A DNA stretch of 64,000 nt from the IMG/VR virus record IMGVR_UViG_3300042562_001598, positions 186,001-250,000 of that record; one strand, written 5' to 3'. Numbering within the stretch: position 1 is the first letter of the stretch; each line of letters begins with the position of its first letter. A program made the position numbers and the translations under genes. The notes below the pieces were generated by a model. It saw nothing but the letters and a program-made list of their open reading frames with translations. It did no database searches and was not told the origin of the DNA. Shown one piece after another: positions 25,541 through 35,374 of this stretch.

Positions 25541-26359
25541 ATGGAAAGAAATTATCAACTATTGAAAGATGTTTTATCGGTTCCGACTAAAACATATAAT
25601 GAAGGATTAATGGTGGAATTCATAACCAATTGGTTATCGGAGAATAACATCCCCTTCTATATTGACGAGTATCAAAATATTTACGCTACAAAACAAACTT
25701 TTGAGGTGGAATATTTCCCTTGTGTTATTGCACATACGGATACCGTTCATAACATTGACACTATCAATGTAAGAGAAGAAAATCTTAAAAACGCACAAGG
25801 TGAAATAAAACCTGCGTTAAAGGCTTATAATGATTTGGGTAATCCAACTGGTATTGGTGGTGATGATAAATGTGGCGTTTATGCTTGTCTTGAATTACTA
25901 AAAGAATTACCAAATCTAAAAGCTGGATTTTTCGTATCTGAAGAAACTGGATGTCACGGTTCTAAAAACGCGGACCCTGAATTTTTTAAGAATGTGGGGT
26001 ATGCTATTCAATTTGACGCTCCGGAGAACTGGATGGTTTCAGAATATTGTATGGGTGTTAAGTTATTTGATAGAGAGAGTGATTTCTTCAAGTCTTGTGA
26101 TTTTGTTATAAACGAAAACTTTAATGGTCGTCAATTATACCAAGCACATCCTTATACAGATGTTTATAAATTAAAACAGATTTTTAATTTTTCTTGTATT
26201 AATTTCTCAATCGGGTATTACGATTATCATACAAAATATGAATATGTAATTATTGAAGATGTTTATAGTGGTATTAAAACCGGGAAAGAAATGATTGAAA
26301 AACTAGGATATCAAAAATATACCTTAGAATACGAACAATCAACATATAACTTTTATTAA
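25541..26359 (+). CDS. M20/M28-family zinc peptidase
   Basis: AHTDTV, GGDDKCG, SEETG, terminal YH. Confidence 0.85.
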   Translation: MERNYQLLKDVLSVPTKTYNEGLMVEFITNWLSENNIPFYIDEYQNIYATKQTFEVEYFPCVIAHTDTVHNIDTINVREENLKNAQGEIKPALKAYNDLGNPTGIGGDDKCGVYACLELLKELPNLKAGFFVSEETGCHGSKNADPEFFKNVGYAIQFDAPENWMVSEYCMGVKLFDRESDFFKSCDFVINENFNGRQLYQAHPYTDVYKLKQIFNFSCINFSIGYYDYHTKYEYVIIEDVYSGIKTGKEMIEKLGYQKYTLEYEQSTYNFY

Positions 26360-26411
26360 GAGACTTCGGTCTCTTTTTTTTTTTGTGATATATTTATAAT
26401 AAAAAACTAAT

Positions 26412-27113
26412 ATGAAAAATTTATTTAATGACATTTCTCAAGAAGAGAAAAATAGAATACTTGAGATGCACTCAGGTAAAAAGAATGTAATTTCTGAACA
26501 AAATAGTCAACAAGTTTATAAAGAAATTGCGGATTATTTATATAATTCTATGAAAGGGTTAAGTTCCTCTGAGGATTCAGAAAATGTTGAAACAATTATA
26601 CTTAATAGAATAAAAAATAAAAATGATTGGGAAGGAGTTAAAAAGGCTTTTGGGGTAAAAGACGGTGAAAATTTGGAACAGTGGTTAAAAGGTGAACTTA
26701 GACTTGATTATAATGAAATAATGGGAATGATAAATCGAAATGACGGTAATTTTAAGAAAGAAGATTCAATGTATAATCCGGGGTCTAAAATTAGTTTAAT
26801 TACTAATAGACAGTTTCTTATGTCAAGAGCATATCAATATGCAAGTATTATGGGTGACAAAAAAGAATTAGAATTGGATATTAATAACGCAATAATTATT
26901 CGTAGAGATAAAGATGGGATAGTTATTAAAACTGATTATGTTGATTATTACCCAATTCCTGAATATACAAGAGGAAAATCTACACCAAAACAAGAAAGAT
27001 TAACAAAACCTTGTATAAAAATCCCTTTTAAAGATGTAATTGAATGGAGAGATGGTACTTTACAAATTAGATGGTTTTCTGATTTTGTTAAAAGTAGGGT
27101 AGTACCTTGTTAA
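26412..27113 (+). CDS. Leader-family cargo protein
   Basis: First 30 aa identical to 22307; unrelated thereafter. Confidence 0.75.
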   Translation: MKNLFNDISQEEKNRILEMHSGKKNVISEQNSQQVYKEIADYLYNSMKGLSSSEDSENVETIILNRIKNKNDWEGVKKAFGVKDGENLEQWLKGELRLDYNEIMGMINRNDGNFKKEDSMYNPGSKISLITNRQFLMSRAYQYASIMGDKKELELDINNAIIIRRDKDGIVIKTDYVDYYPIPEYTRGKSTPKQERLTKPCIKIPFKDVIEWRDGTLQIRWFSDFVKSRVVPC

Positions 27114-27142
27114 ATTCTAAATTAATATAAAAAAAAAGAGGA

Positions 27143-27655
27143 CTATTTGTCCTCTTTCCTTTTTCTTGTTTTCTTAGATGTCTCTTGGAGACTTAACTTC
27201 TTTTTCTACTGAAACAAGGGTATATAACACACCTTCCACCATATTTCCTTTGATAATCTCTTCGGATACAAAATCCTCAATCTTATCTTGGATTGTTCTT
27301 TTGATTGGTATAGCTTCGTAAGTCTCGTCAAATCCAACATCGGAAATCAAATGTAAAATAGTTTCATCAAATGTGATGTTATAGTTCAAACCAACTAATC
27401 TTTTTGATAACTTATCTAATTCCAATGTTACAATTTTTTTAACATCTTCCTTCACCAACGAATTAAAGATAACAACCTCATCAATTCTATTTAAGAATTC
27501 CGGAGTAAAGAATTTTTTAAGTTCTTTTTTAAGAATTTCTCGTTTGTATTCTTCTTCAGCATAAGAGTTATTACCGGTTTTAAATCCCACACCTGAACCA
27601 AAGTCTTGTAATTTTTTAACCCCCACATTTGATGTCATAATGATGACACAATTTT
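27143..27655 (-). pseudogene. 3' fragment of a second, divergent clpC allele
   Basis: NCVIIMTSN...PEFLNRIDE; GAR motif changed to EAI; frameshift separates the basic tail LQETSKKTRKRKEDK*. Confidence 0.8.
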
Positions 27656-27850
27656 TAATTTTTCTTGTATTAATTTCTCAATTGGGTATTATGATTATCA
27701 CACAAAATATGAATATGTAATTATTGAGGATGTTTATAGTGGTATTAAAACCGGGAAAGAAATGATTGAAAAACTAGGATATCAAAAATATACCTTGGAA
27801 TATGAACAACCAATTTATAACCTTTATTAAGAGACTTCGGTCTCTTTTTT
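27651..27850 (+). repeat. Duplicate of the peptidase 3' end plus terminator (26180-26379)
   Basis: ~200-bp near-identical direct repeat, including AAGAGACTTCGGTCTCTT. Confidence 0.9.
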
Positions 27851-27881
27851 ATTTATTGGTATTTATTAATAAAATGTTATT

Positions 27882-28274
27882 ATGAAAAAATTAATAATTA
27901 CTGAAGAAGAAAAAAATAGAATACTTAATCTTCATTTAAACGAACAAAGTAAAGAAAATTCCGCAGTTAAATTTATAAAAAATTTATTGGTAACAAATCC
28001 AAATTTATTTAATGGTAAAAAACCTTTAAGTTTATTAGAAAAACCATTGAATGATTTTAACTCAAAAAACCCTTCCGATAGATTAGATATACCATCATTA
28101 GTAAAACAGTTGTCGGTTAATAATTCACCTTTTAAAATGACCACATTCAACATTCAAACCTATGAACCAAAACGCATTACTAGGTTAGATTATGACTTAA
28201 ACAACATTGGTTTTACCTTAACAAAAAATGAAATTGATAACTCAATACAGGGTGGTGTTAAATTAAAATTTTAA
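27882..28274 (+). CDS. Leader-family cargo protein
   Basis: MKKLIITEEEKNRILNLHLNEQ. Confidence 0.75.
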   Translation: MKKLIITEEEKNRILNLHLNEQSKENSAVKFIKNLLVTNPNLFNGKKPLSLLEKPLNDFNSKNPSDRLDIPSLVKQLSVNNSPFKMTTFNIQTYEPKRITRLDYDLNNIGFTLTKNEIDNSIQGGVKLKF

Positions 28275-28325
28275 GAGACTTCTGTCTTTTTTTTTATTTT
28301 AAGTATTTATTACTAAAACACTATT

Positions 28326-29144
28326 ATGAAAAACTTATTTATACTAACCGAAGAAGAAAAAAATAGAATTTTAAATCTTCATGAAAGTGCCACAAAACGA
28401 CATTATTTAGTTGAACAAGAAATAAAACAAGGACCTGAAGGTGACCCATATCAATATAAAAAAATTGGTGACGAATATTTTTACGCTAAGAAAAATGACG
28501 ACAATTGGACTAAAGTTAATAACCCTAAAGGTATTACAGATATCAAAAATACTATTTTTAATTCATCAATAAATAAATTAACAACTCAAAAACCTGAAGC
28601 TTATTTATTATTTGATGGTACTAATTTAAATTGGATTGAGAATGGTAAAGTTATTAAACGATGGTCAGCAATTTCAGGAAGAACTAAATTTAATACTTTT
28701 GGTGATAAAAATTTGGAGAAATTAGTTAAAAAATATGGGGCTAATAGGATGGAATTTATGAAAATTAAAGACCAAGGTCCTATACCTGTTGGTGAATATT
28801 CTATAGGTCAAGTACAAAAACGAACAAATGGTGACGCTCAAAGATTTATACAAGGTAAAACGGATAAAGAGTTACAACGTATTATGTTACAAAATGTTAA
28901 ACACGATTGGAATTTAGGAACAGAAACTGATATGGTTGCTTGGGGTAATTACAGATTACCAATAACTAAAGTTGGTGAAACTGAAACTTTTGGTAGAGGT
29001 AGTTTTTACATTCATGGTGGTGGTATTCCAGGTTCTATTGGTTGTATTGATTTATTAACTCAAATGGATGATTTCGCAAACTATTTCACAAATTGGAAGA
29101 ATAAAACAAAAAAAAATAAATTAAAATTAGTTGTTAAGTATTAA
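28326..29144 (+). CDS. Leader-family protein with Tlde1/DUF2778 L,D-transpeptidase-like domain
   Basis: Leader ...EEKNRILNLHESATKRHYLVEQ; GPIPVGEY; RGSFYIHGGG..GSIGCI. Confidence 0.75.
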   Translation: MKNLFILTEEEKNRILNLHESATKRHYLVEQEIKQGPEGDPYQYKKIGDEYFYAKKNDDNWTKVNNPKGITDIKNTIFNSSINKLTTQKPEAYLLFDGTNLNWIENGKVIKRWSAISGRTKFNTFGDKNLEKLVKKYGANRMEFMKIKDQGPIPVGEYSIGQVQKRTNGDAQRFIQGKTDKELQRIMLQNVKHDWNLGTETDMVAWGNYRLPITKVGETETFGRGSFYIHGGGIPGSIGCIDLLTQMDDFANYFTNWKNKTKKNKLKLVVKY

Positions 29145-29551
29145 TTTTACTAATAAATAAATAAATAAATAAATAAAAATGAAAAAAGTAGTTAAATTAA
29201 CTGAAAGAGAATTAAATAATCTTATTAGGAGAATGATTAACGAAGATATGGAATCTTCTTTAGAATCAAAAGGTGGTAAATGGTTAAGTGTTAAAAACAA
29301 AATACCCGCAAACCCACCTAAAATGTCTCTTGGTGCTTTAAAAGAAAGATTGGGTAATGACGGATATTCTAATGATAATAGTGATGAACCTTTAGCAAAC
29401 ATTCAAGTTTTTGTTCATGGAGCAAAAAACCCTGGTGAGAACATTCCGATGAGATTATTATTCCGTAACCCAACAGACCCAACAGACAGAAAATGGTATG
29501 AACTAGTTGCTTAATAAAAAAAAAATAAATTAAAATTAGTTGTTAAGTATT
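29108..29551 (+). repeat. 35-bp direct repeats (29108-29142, 29517-29551) flanking one gene
   Basis: A9-TAAATTAAAATTAGTTGTTAAGTATT occurs at both positions. Confidence 0.85.
29179..29514 (+). CDS. Cargo protein with MKKVVKLTE leader
   Basis: MKKVVKLTERELNNLIRRMINE. Confidence 0.7.
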   Translation: MKKVVKLTERELNNLIRRMINEDMESSLESKGGKWLSVKNKIPANPPKMSLGALKERLGNDGYSNDNSDEPLANIQVFVHGAKNPGENIPMRLLFRNPTDPTDRKWYELVA

Positions 29552-29583
29552 GATATTTTTTTATATTTTTGTAAAAAAAAGAT

Positions 29584-30090
29584 ATGAAACTAATAACATT
29601 ATTACTCGTAATTACAACATCACTTTATGGTCAGTCAAAAATAGAGATTGCTAAAGAATTACAAAAACAATATAACCCCCCTAATAAGAATTATGTTGTT
29701 TTTATTGATTACTCAAAACCAATTTCAGAAAAAAGATTATACGTGATTGATATGAAAACATCAGAAACAATTTTAACCACTAAAGTTGCTCACGGAATAA
29801 ATAGTGGTAAAGAATACGCTACTGAATTTAGTAACACTGATAAAAGTTTAAAAAGTAGTTTAGGTGTTTATGTTACTCAAGAAACATATTATGGTTACTT
29901 TGGTTACTCTTTAAGAATTAATGGTTTAGATAAAACCAATTCTAATGCGAGACAAAGAAATATTATATTTCATTCTAACACAAAAATGAGTAAAAAATGG
30001 TCTTGGGGTTGTTTCTCAACAGATGAAAAAACTAACAAAAAACTAATTAATATAATAAAAAATGGGTGTTTAGTTTATGTTTATAAATAA
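29584..30090 (+). CDS. Secreted murein L,D-transpeptidase (YkuD_2-like)
   Basis: Signal peptide; IDYSKP, VAHG, SSLG, IIFH...SWGCF. Confidence 0.85.
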   Translation: MKLITLLLVITTSLYGQSKIEIAKELQKQYNPPNKNYVVFIDYSKPISEKRLYVIDMKTSETILTTKVAHGINSGKEYATEFSNTDKSLKSSLGVYVTQETYYGYFGYSLRINGLDKTNSNARQRNIIFHSNTKMSKKWSWGCFSTDEKTNKKLINIIKNGCLVYVYK

Positions 30091-30101
30091 AAAAAAGGGG
30101 A

Positions 30102-32153
30102 TTATTCGTCCCCTTTTTTCTTTCTACCTCTTTTCAAAGGTTCTTTATTTTTAGTTATAATAACTTCTTTATCTACAACATCAACCACACTTGAGTCCCC
30201 CTCGTTAATTTCACCTTTCAAAATCTCTTCAGAGATGAAGTCTTCAATTTTATCTTGAATAGCTCTTTTAATAGGTCTTGCTCCATAGTTTTCATCATAA
30301 CCAACATCAGATATCAATTCAGTTACTTTATCGGTATAACTAAAGTTATATTTGATTTTAGCAAGACGACCCATTAGTTTATCTAATTCTAAAGTAACAA
30401 TCTTTTTAACATTCTCTTTATCTAAAGATTTAAACATAATAACATCATCAATTCTGTTTAAGAATTCAGGCGCGAAGAATTTTTTAAGTTCAGCTTTAAG
30501 GATATCGTTTTTAAGTTCTTGTTCAATATATTCGTTACCACCATTTTTAAATCCAACACCAGTTCCGAAGTCTTGTAATTTTTTAACACCTAAATTAGAT
30601 GTCATAATGATAAGACAGTTTTTAAAGTTAATTTTTTTACCTAAAGAGTCAGTTAAGTGACCTTCATCTAACATTTGTAAAAGTGTTGAGAAGATATTTT
30701 TATCCGCTTTTTCAATCTCATCAAATAAGATAACAGAGTAAGGTTTATTTTTAACTTCATTAGTTAAGAATCCACCTTCTTCGTGGGCAACATAACCTGG
30801 AGGAGAACCTATAAGTCTTGAGATTGTATGTTTTTCTTGATATTCTGACATATCAATTCTAATCATATTTTCTTCACTACCAAAAATTTCTTTTGCTAAT
30901 TGTTTTGCTAAATAAGTTTTTCCTACTCCGGTAGAACCTAAAAAGATGAATGAACCAATTGGACGATTTGGGTCTTTAATACCTAATCTATTTCTTCTGA
31001 TAGCTTTTGCGATTTTAACCACGGCTTCAGGTTGACCAACAACTTTATCAGCTAAAGCTTGTTCTAAATTAACTAATGCTTTAGTATCGTCAATTGATAA
31101 TTTTGATACAGGTATTTTAGTCATATTAGATACAACTTCATATACTAGTTCTTCAGGAATTTCTCTTTTATGAGCTTGTAATTCCGCTTCAAATTTTATT
31201 TTTTCATCCTCTAATTTTGATAGAATTCGTTTTTCTTTATCTCTAAGATTAGCCGCTTCTTCATAGTTTTGTTTTTTAACTACCTCAATTTTTTCCAATT
31301 TAATATCTGACGCTTGTTGTTTTAATTTTTCAATTATTTCAGGCATCTTAATATCAACTTGACTTCTCGCACCAACTTCGTCTAAAATATCAAAAGCTTT
31401 ATCCGGGAATTCTCTGTCGGTAATGTATCTATCCGCTAAATCAACACAAATTTCTAAAATAGAATCAGTGTAATTTACTTTATGATATGATTCATATTTT
31501 TCTTTAGCGTTTTTCAAGATGATTAATGTTTCTTCTTTTGTTGCAGAATCAACAATAACCTTTTGAAATCTTCTTTCTAATGCTCCGTCTTTTTCAAAGT
31601 TTTTTCTATATTCATCTAAAGTTGTTGCTCCAACACATTGGATTTCACCTCTTGCTAAAGCTGGCTTAAAGATGTTTGACGCATCCATTGACCCGGATGA
31701 ATTTCCCGCACCAACAATGGTGTGAATCTCATCAATGAATACAATTATGTTTGGAGAGTTTTGTAACTCCTCAATAATAACTTTCATTCTTTCTTCAAAT
31801 TGTCCACGGTATTTTGTTCCTGCAACAATGGATGTCATATCTAAAGATACGATTCTTTTATCCATTAAGTTTCTTGGACAATCCCCATTATATATTTTAA
31901 TTGCAAGACCTTCAACGATTGCAGTTTTACCACAACCAGGTTCACCTAATATAATAGGATTATTTTTCTTTCTACGAGAAAGAATTTGAGCAATCCTAGT
32001 GATTTCTCTTTCACGACCAACTACAGGGTCTAATTTACCTTCTTCAGCTAACTTTATTAAGTCTCTACTAAAGTTATCTAATACAGGTGTTGTTGATTCT
32101 GAGATGGAATTTGATTTTTTTCCTTTTTCGTCATTATCTGAAAATTCTATCAT
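30102..32153 (-). CDS. clpC: ClpC-like AAA+ unfoldase lacking the N-terminal Clp-repeat domain
   Basis: Walker A motifs GEPGCGKT and GSTGVGKT; FIDEIH; UVR M-domain QNYEEAANLRD; GARP. Confidence 0.92.
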   Translation of the reverse strand: MIEFSDNDEKGKKSNSISESTTPVLDNFSRDLIKLAEEGKLDPVVGREREITRIAQILSRRKKNNPIILGEPGCGKTAIVEGLAIKIYNGDCPRNLMDKRIVSLDMTSIVAGTKYRGQFEERMKVIIEELQNSPNIIVFIDEIHTIVGAGNSSGSMDASNIFKPALARGEIQCVGATTLDEYRKNFEKDGALERRFQKVIVDSATKEETLIILKNAKEKYESYHKVNYTDSILEICVDLADRYITDREFPDKAFDILDEVGARSQVDIKMPEIIEKLKQQASDIKLEKIEVVKKQNYEEAANLRDKEKRILSKLEDEKIKFEAELQAHKREIPEELVYEVVSNMTKIPVSKLSIDDTKALVNLEQALADKVVGQPEAVVKIAKAIRRNRLGIKDPNRPIGSFIFLGSTGVGKTYLAKQLAKEIFGSEENMIRIDMSEYQEKHTISRLIGSPPGYVAHEEGGFLTNEVKNKPYSVILFDEIEKADKNIFSTLLQMLDEGHLTDSLGKKINFKNCLIIMTSNLGVKKLQDFGTGVGFKNGGNEYIEQELKNDILKAELKKFFAPEFLNRIDDVIMFKSLDKENVKKIVTLELDKLMGRLAKIKYNFSYTDKVTELISDVGYDENYGARPIKRAIQDKIEDFISEEILKGEINEGDSSVVDVVDKEVIITKNKEPLKRGRKKKGDE

Positions 32154-32353
32154 ATTATTATTATTATTTTGTTTTGTTAATGATATCAATAATTATAACA
32201 AAAATTATTCTATGAATCAATATTGACAATTTGTCAGTATATTTTTTTATAAAATGTCAAATTGTCATATAAATAAGTCATTTTACTATAAATTTGACTT
32301 TGGTATAAAATTAGTTATAATTATTTCAAATAAAAAATTAAAACAAAAAAATT

Positions 32354-32821
32354 ATGTTTAGAAACACAAAAAACCCGTTCGTATTATTAAATGATTTTAC
32401 TACACCTTTTGGTTCTTTTGACCCATTCACGGTATTACTAGGAGATGTTAAGACTGAAAAAGGTCAAGACGAGAATGGTCAATGGACTTCTCAGACTTAC
32501 ACATCTGAAAATGGTGTTGTTACAGTAAAAAACTTCACTAGAACTTCTAAAAGTCCTAAAAGTAAAACAACTACTAATACAACAACAACTAACACAACAA
32601 CTAACACTACTGAGTTAACAACTTTACAAAATGAGTTAACAACAGCTATTGAGACTCAAAACTTTGAACGTGCAGTTGAATTAAGAGACCAAATTAAAAA
32701 ATTGGAATCTAATCAAGAAAAAATTGAAACTCTAACTTTAGAATTAGAAACTTCAATTAAAGAACAAAACTTTGAGAAATCAATTAAGTTGAGAGACCAA
32801 ATTAATAAGTTGACTAAGTAA
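32354..32821 (+). CDS. Double UVR-motif protein, candidate ClpC adaptor
   Basis: AIETQNFERAVELRDQI and SIKEQNFEKSIKLRDQI. Confidence 0.75.
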   Translation: MFRNTKNPFVLLNDFTTPFGSFDPFTVLLGDVKTEKGQDENGQWTSQTYTSENGVVTVKNFTRTSKSPKSKTTTNTTTTNTTTNTTELTTLQNELTTAIETQNFERAVELRDQIKKLESNQEKIETLTLELETSIKEQNFEKSIKLRDQINKLTK

Positions 32822-32901
32822 TTTACTAAACCCCACCTTTGAGTGGGGTTTTTTATTTATTAAAATTACTGAATAGTTATTATTATAAAAAAAATTATAT
32901 T

Positions 32902-33144
32902 ATGGGAATTAAAAAAGAAATTATTGAAGGTACTAAAATTATTAATGAAATTGAATCAAGTAATTTAGTTAAAACTATCTATGATGTTGAGAGTCAAAAA
33001 TTAATAGCGGAATTCAAAAATGGGTTTAAATATGAGTATGATGAAGTGCCTCACAAAACATATACTCAATTTAGGATGTCAGAATCTCAAGGAAAATTCT
33101 TCAACACTAACATCTCAAAGACTTTTAAGTATAAAAAATTATAA
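32902..33144 (+). CDS. KTSC domain protein
   Basis: SSNL...YD...L..EFKNG..YEY..VP...SQGKFFN. Confidence 0.85.
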   Translation: MGIKKEIIEGTKIINEIESSNLVKTIYDVESQKLIAEFKNGFKYEYDEVPHKTYTQFRMSESQGKFFNTNISKTFKYKKL

Positions 33145-33175
33145 ATTTTTCTAAAAAATTGGATATTTATCTTTA

Positions 33176-33946
33176 ATGGATAATAATATTAAAAATATTT
33201 TACAAAGTTTTCACTTACAAGACACCTTAAACCCTAAAATATGGGTTATGTCTGAAGATGATGAAATTGGTAATATGAATCCTAAAGTTAGGACTCGTTT
33301 ACTTGACATTGCCTACGACTTTATTGATTTCTTAGGTGTGGATGTTATTGTGTCGGATGTTGTTATGACAGGTTCATTATCAAATTATAATTGGTCAAAA
33401 TACTCTGATGTTGATTTACACATCATTGCTGATTTTAATCAATTCAAGGAATCTGAATTACCTTTATATAAAGACTTATTTATATTAAAAAAAACAATAT
33501 ATAATGATAACCATGATATTACTATTTATGGTTATGATGTTGAACTATATGTTCAAGATGAAAATGAAGCTCACTTTAGTAGTGGTGAATACTCTATTCT
33601 ATTTGATGAATGGAAATCAAAACCTAAAAAAGAGAATGTTGATATTGACACCGAATTAATTAAAACAAAAGCTAAAAAATGGATGGATTCTATTGATGCT
33701 ATAATAGAACAATCAAAAGATGAATCTTTAGAAGAGTCTAAATTATTAATAGGTAAGTATAAGGATAAGTTAAAGAAATATAGAACAAGTGGGTTAGAAA
33801 AAGACGGAGAATATTCTAATGAAAATTTAGTATTTAAGGTTTTAAGGAGAAATGGGTATGTTCAAAAGTTATTTGATTTCTTAAATAAAAACACAGATAA
33901 AATCCTCTCGCTTGACGAAAAAATAAAAAATACATCAGAAAAGTAA
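33176..33946 (+). CDS. Pol-beta-superfamily nucleotidyltransferase
   Basis: TGSLSNYNWSKYSDVDLH; third acid in VELYV. Confidence 0.75.
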   Translation: MDNNIKNILQSFHLQDTLNPKIWVMSEDDEIGNMNPKVRTRLLDIAYDFIDFLGVDVIVSDVVMTGSLSNYNWSKYSDVDLHIIADFNQFKESELPLYKDLFILKKTIYNDNHDITIYGYDVELYVQDENEAHFSSGEYSILFDEWKSKPKKENVDIDTELIKTKAKKWMDSIDAIIEQSKDESLEESKLLIGKYKDKLKKYRTSGLEKDGEYSNENLVFKVLRRNGYVQKLFDFLNKNTDKILSLDEKIKNTSEK

Positions 33947-34003
33947 TATTTTTAATTCTGACTATATTTATATATAAAATTAATTCAAAACAAAAATAAA
34001 AAA

Positions 34004-35374
34004 ATGGGAAATAATTTAAGACCAATTGGTAGTGAAAAATTGCAAGGTATGGAGAAAATCAACCGTATGCTTGAAATTGCTAGATATAAAGAATCAACAC
34101 CTAATCCTATCAATGAGGATAAGTCAGTAGAATACACTAAAACTTTATCTGATGGTAACAATTACCAAATCATTAAAGAAAAAAGTGGTTATGTTCTAAA
34201 AAGAACATTATTGGAATCAGATGGTAATTCTGATTATTTAGAACCAATGAGAAATAGAAAATATTACCCATCATATTCTCAAGCATTAAAAAGATTAAAT
34301 CTTATTGCTAAAGAAGTTAATGTTAATGAAGGTGTTGAAAGTAATACATCTTTATTTAATGAAAGTCAATCTGACGCTACAAAATATATTTTGAAAATGT
34401 CAGCTAACGAACAAGCCCCTGTTGCGGGACAAGTACCTGCTCCAGCACCAGCCCCCGCGGCTGCACCGGCTCCTGCCCCAGTTGCTGCACCAGCACCAGC
34501 TCCGGAAGAAGAATTAGATTTAGATTTTGATATGGAGGATACTGAAGGTGAAGAGGATGATAATGAACCAGTATCAATAAAAGTTATTCAGAAATTAACT
34601 GGAAAATTAGCTCAAAAATTAAGAGCTTTTGACGAGGCTAATGAAGAAGAACCAATGTCATCTAAAGATATTAAGTATGTTGTTAATTCTATTTTATCAG
34701 CAATTGATGTTGAAGCGTTAGATGAGGAAGATAAAGACGATATCTTAAGTAAATTAGAAGGTATTGAGGACGAATCTGAATTTGGTGGTGAAGAAGATTT
34801 TGATGGACTATCTGACGAAGATGGTTTAGAAGATGAAGAATTAGAAACTGAATTACCTGAAGGTGAAATGGGAGAAGCTTTTGATAGCGAAGAAATGACA
34901 ATGTTTGATGATTTTAGTGAAGATGATTATGAAGAAATTTCTGACCTTAAAAGTCATATGTCTGGAAACAGAATGAACCCAAGAGCTGACAGAGAGTATC
35001 TTGATTTAAGTGATAACGATGAAGATTCTGATAGAACTAAAAAACATTTTGGTCTTGAACCTCGTCACAGAAAAAATATGGGAGATATGTTTGAAGGTAT
35101 TTTTTCTGAATCTAAAGTTGATAAAATATTAGAAAGATATTTTGAGACTGAAAAAACTGAAAATACTAAAAAAACTCCTATCACTGAAAATAGAAAAGTT
35201 ATTGTTAACAGAATTAAAAATTTATCTGAAAGTATTTCACAAGAAGTAGCTTCAACTAAGTTTACGAGAAATAACCCAACCGCTAAATTAATTGGTAAAA
35301 CAACTAAAAACTTTTTAGTATTTGAAAATAATAATACAAAAGTAAGAATCTCTACTAAAGGTGAAATTCTATGA
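34004..35374 (+). CDS. Acidic prohead-core-like protein
   Basis: 456 aa; Pro/Ala linker; many [IL]xE sites; late promoter. Confidence 0.55.
   Translation: MGNNLRPIGSEKLQGMEKINRMLEIARYKESTPNPINEDKSVEYTKTLSDGNNYQIIKEKSGYVLKRTLLESDGNSDYLEPMRNRKYYPSYSQALKRLNLIAKEVNVNEGVESNTSLFNESQSDATKYILKMSANEQAPVAGQVPAPAPAPAAAPAPAPVAAPAPAPEEELDLDFDMEDTEGEEDDNEPVSIKVIQKLTGKLAQKLRAFDEANEEEPMSSKDIKYVVNSILSAIDVEALDEEDKDDILSKLEGIEDESEFGGEEDFDGLSDEDGLEDEELETELPEGEMGEAFDSEEMTMFDDFSEDDYEEISDLKSHMSGNRMNPRADREYLDLSDNDEDSDRTKKHFGLEPRHRKNMGDMFEGIFSESKVDKILERYFETEKTENTKKTPITENRKVIVNRIKNLSESISQEVASTKFTRNNPTAKLIGKTTKNFLVFENNNTKVRISTKGEIL

Noticed and set aside
26180-27850. Diversity-generating retroelement (template/variable repeat pair)
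   Set aside because: Differences between the repeats are not adenine-specific and there is no reverse transcriptase in the window.
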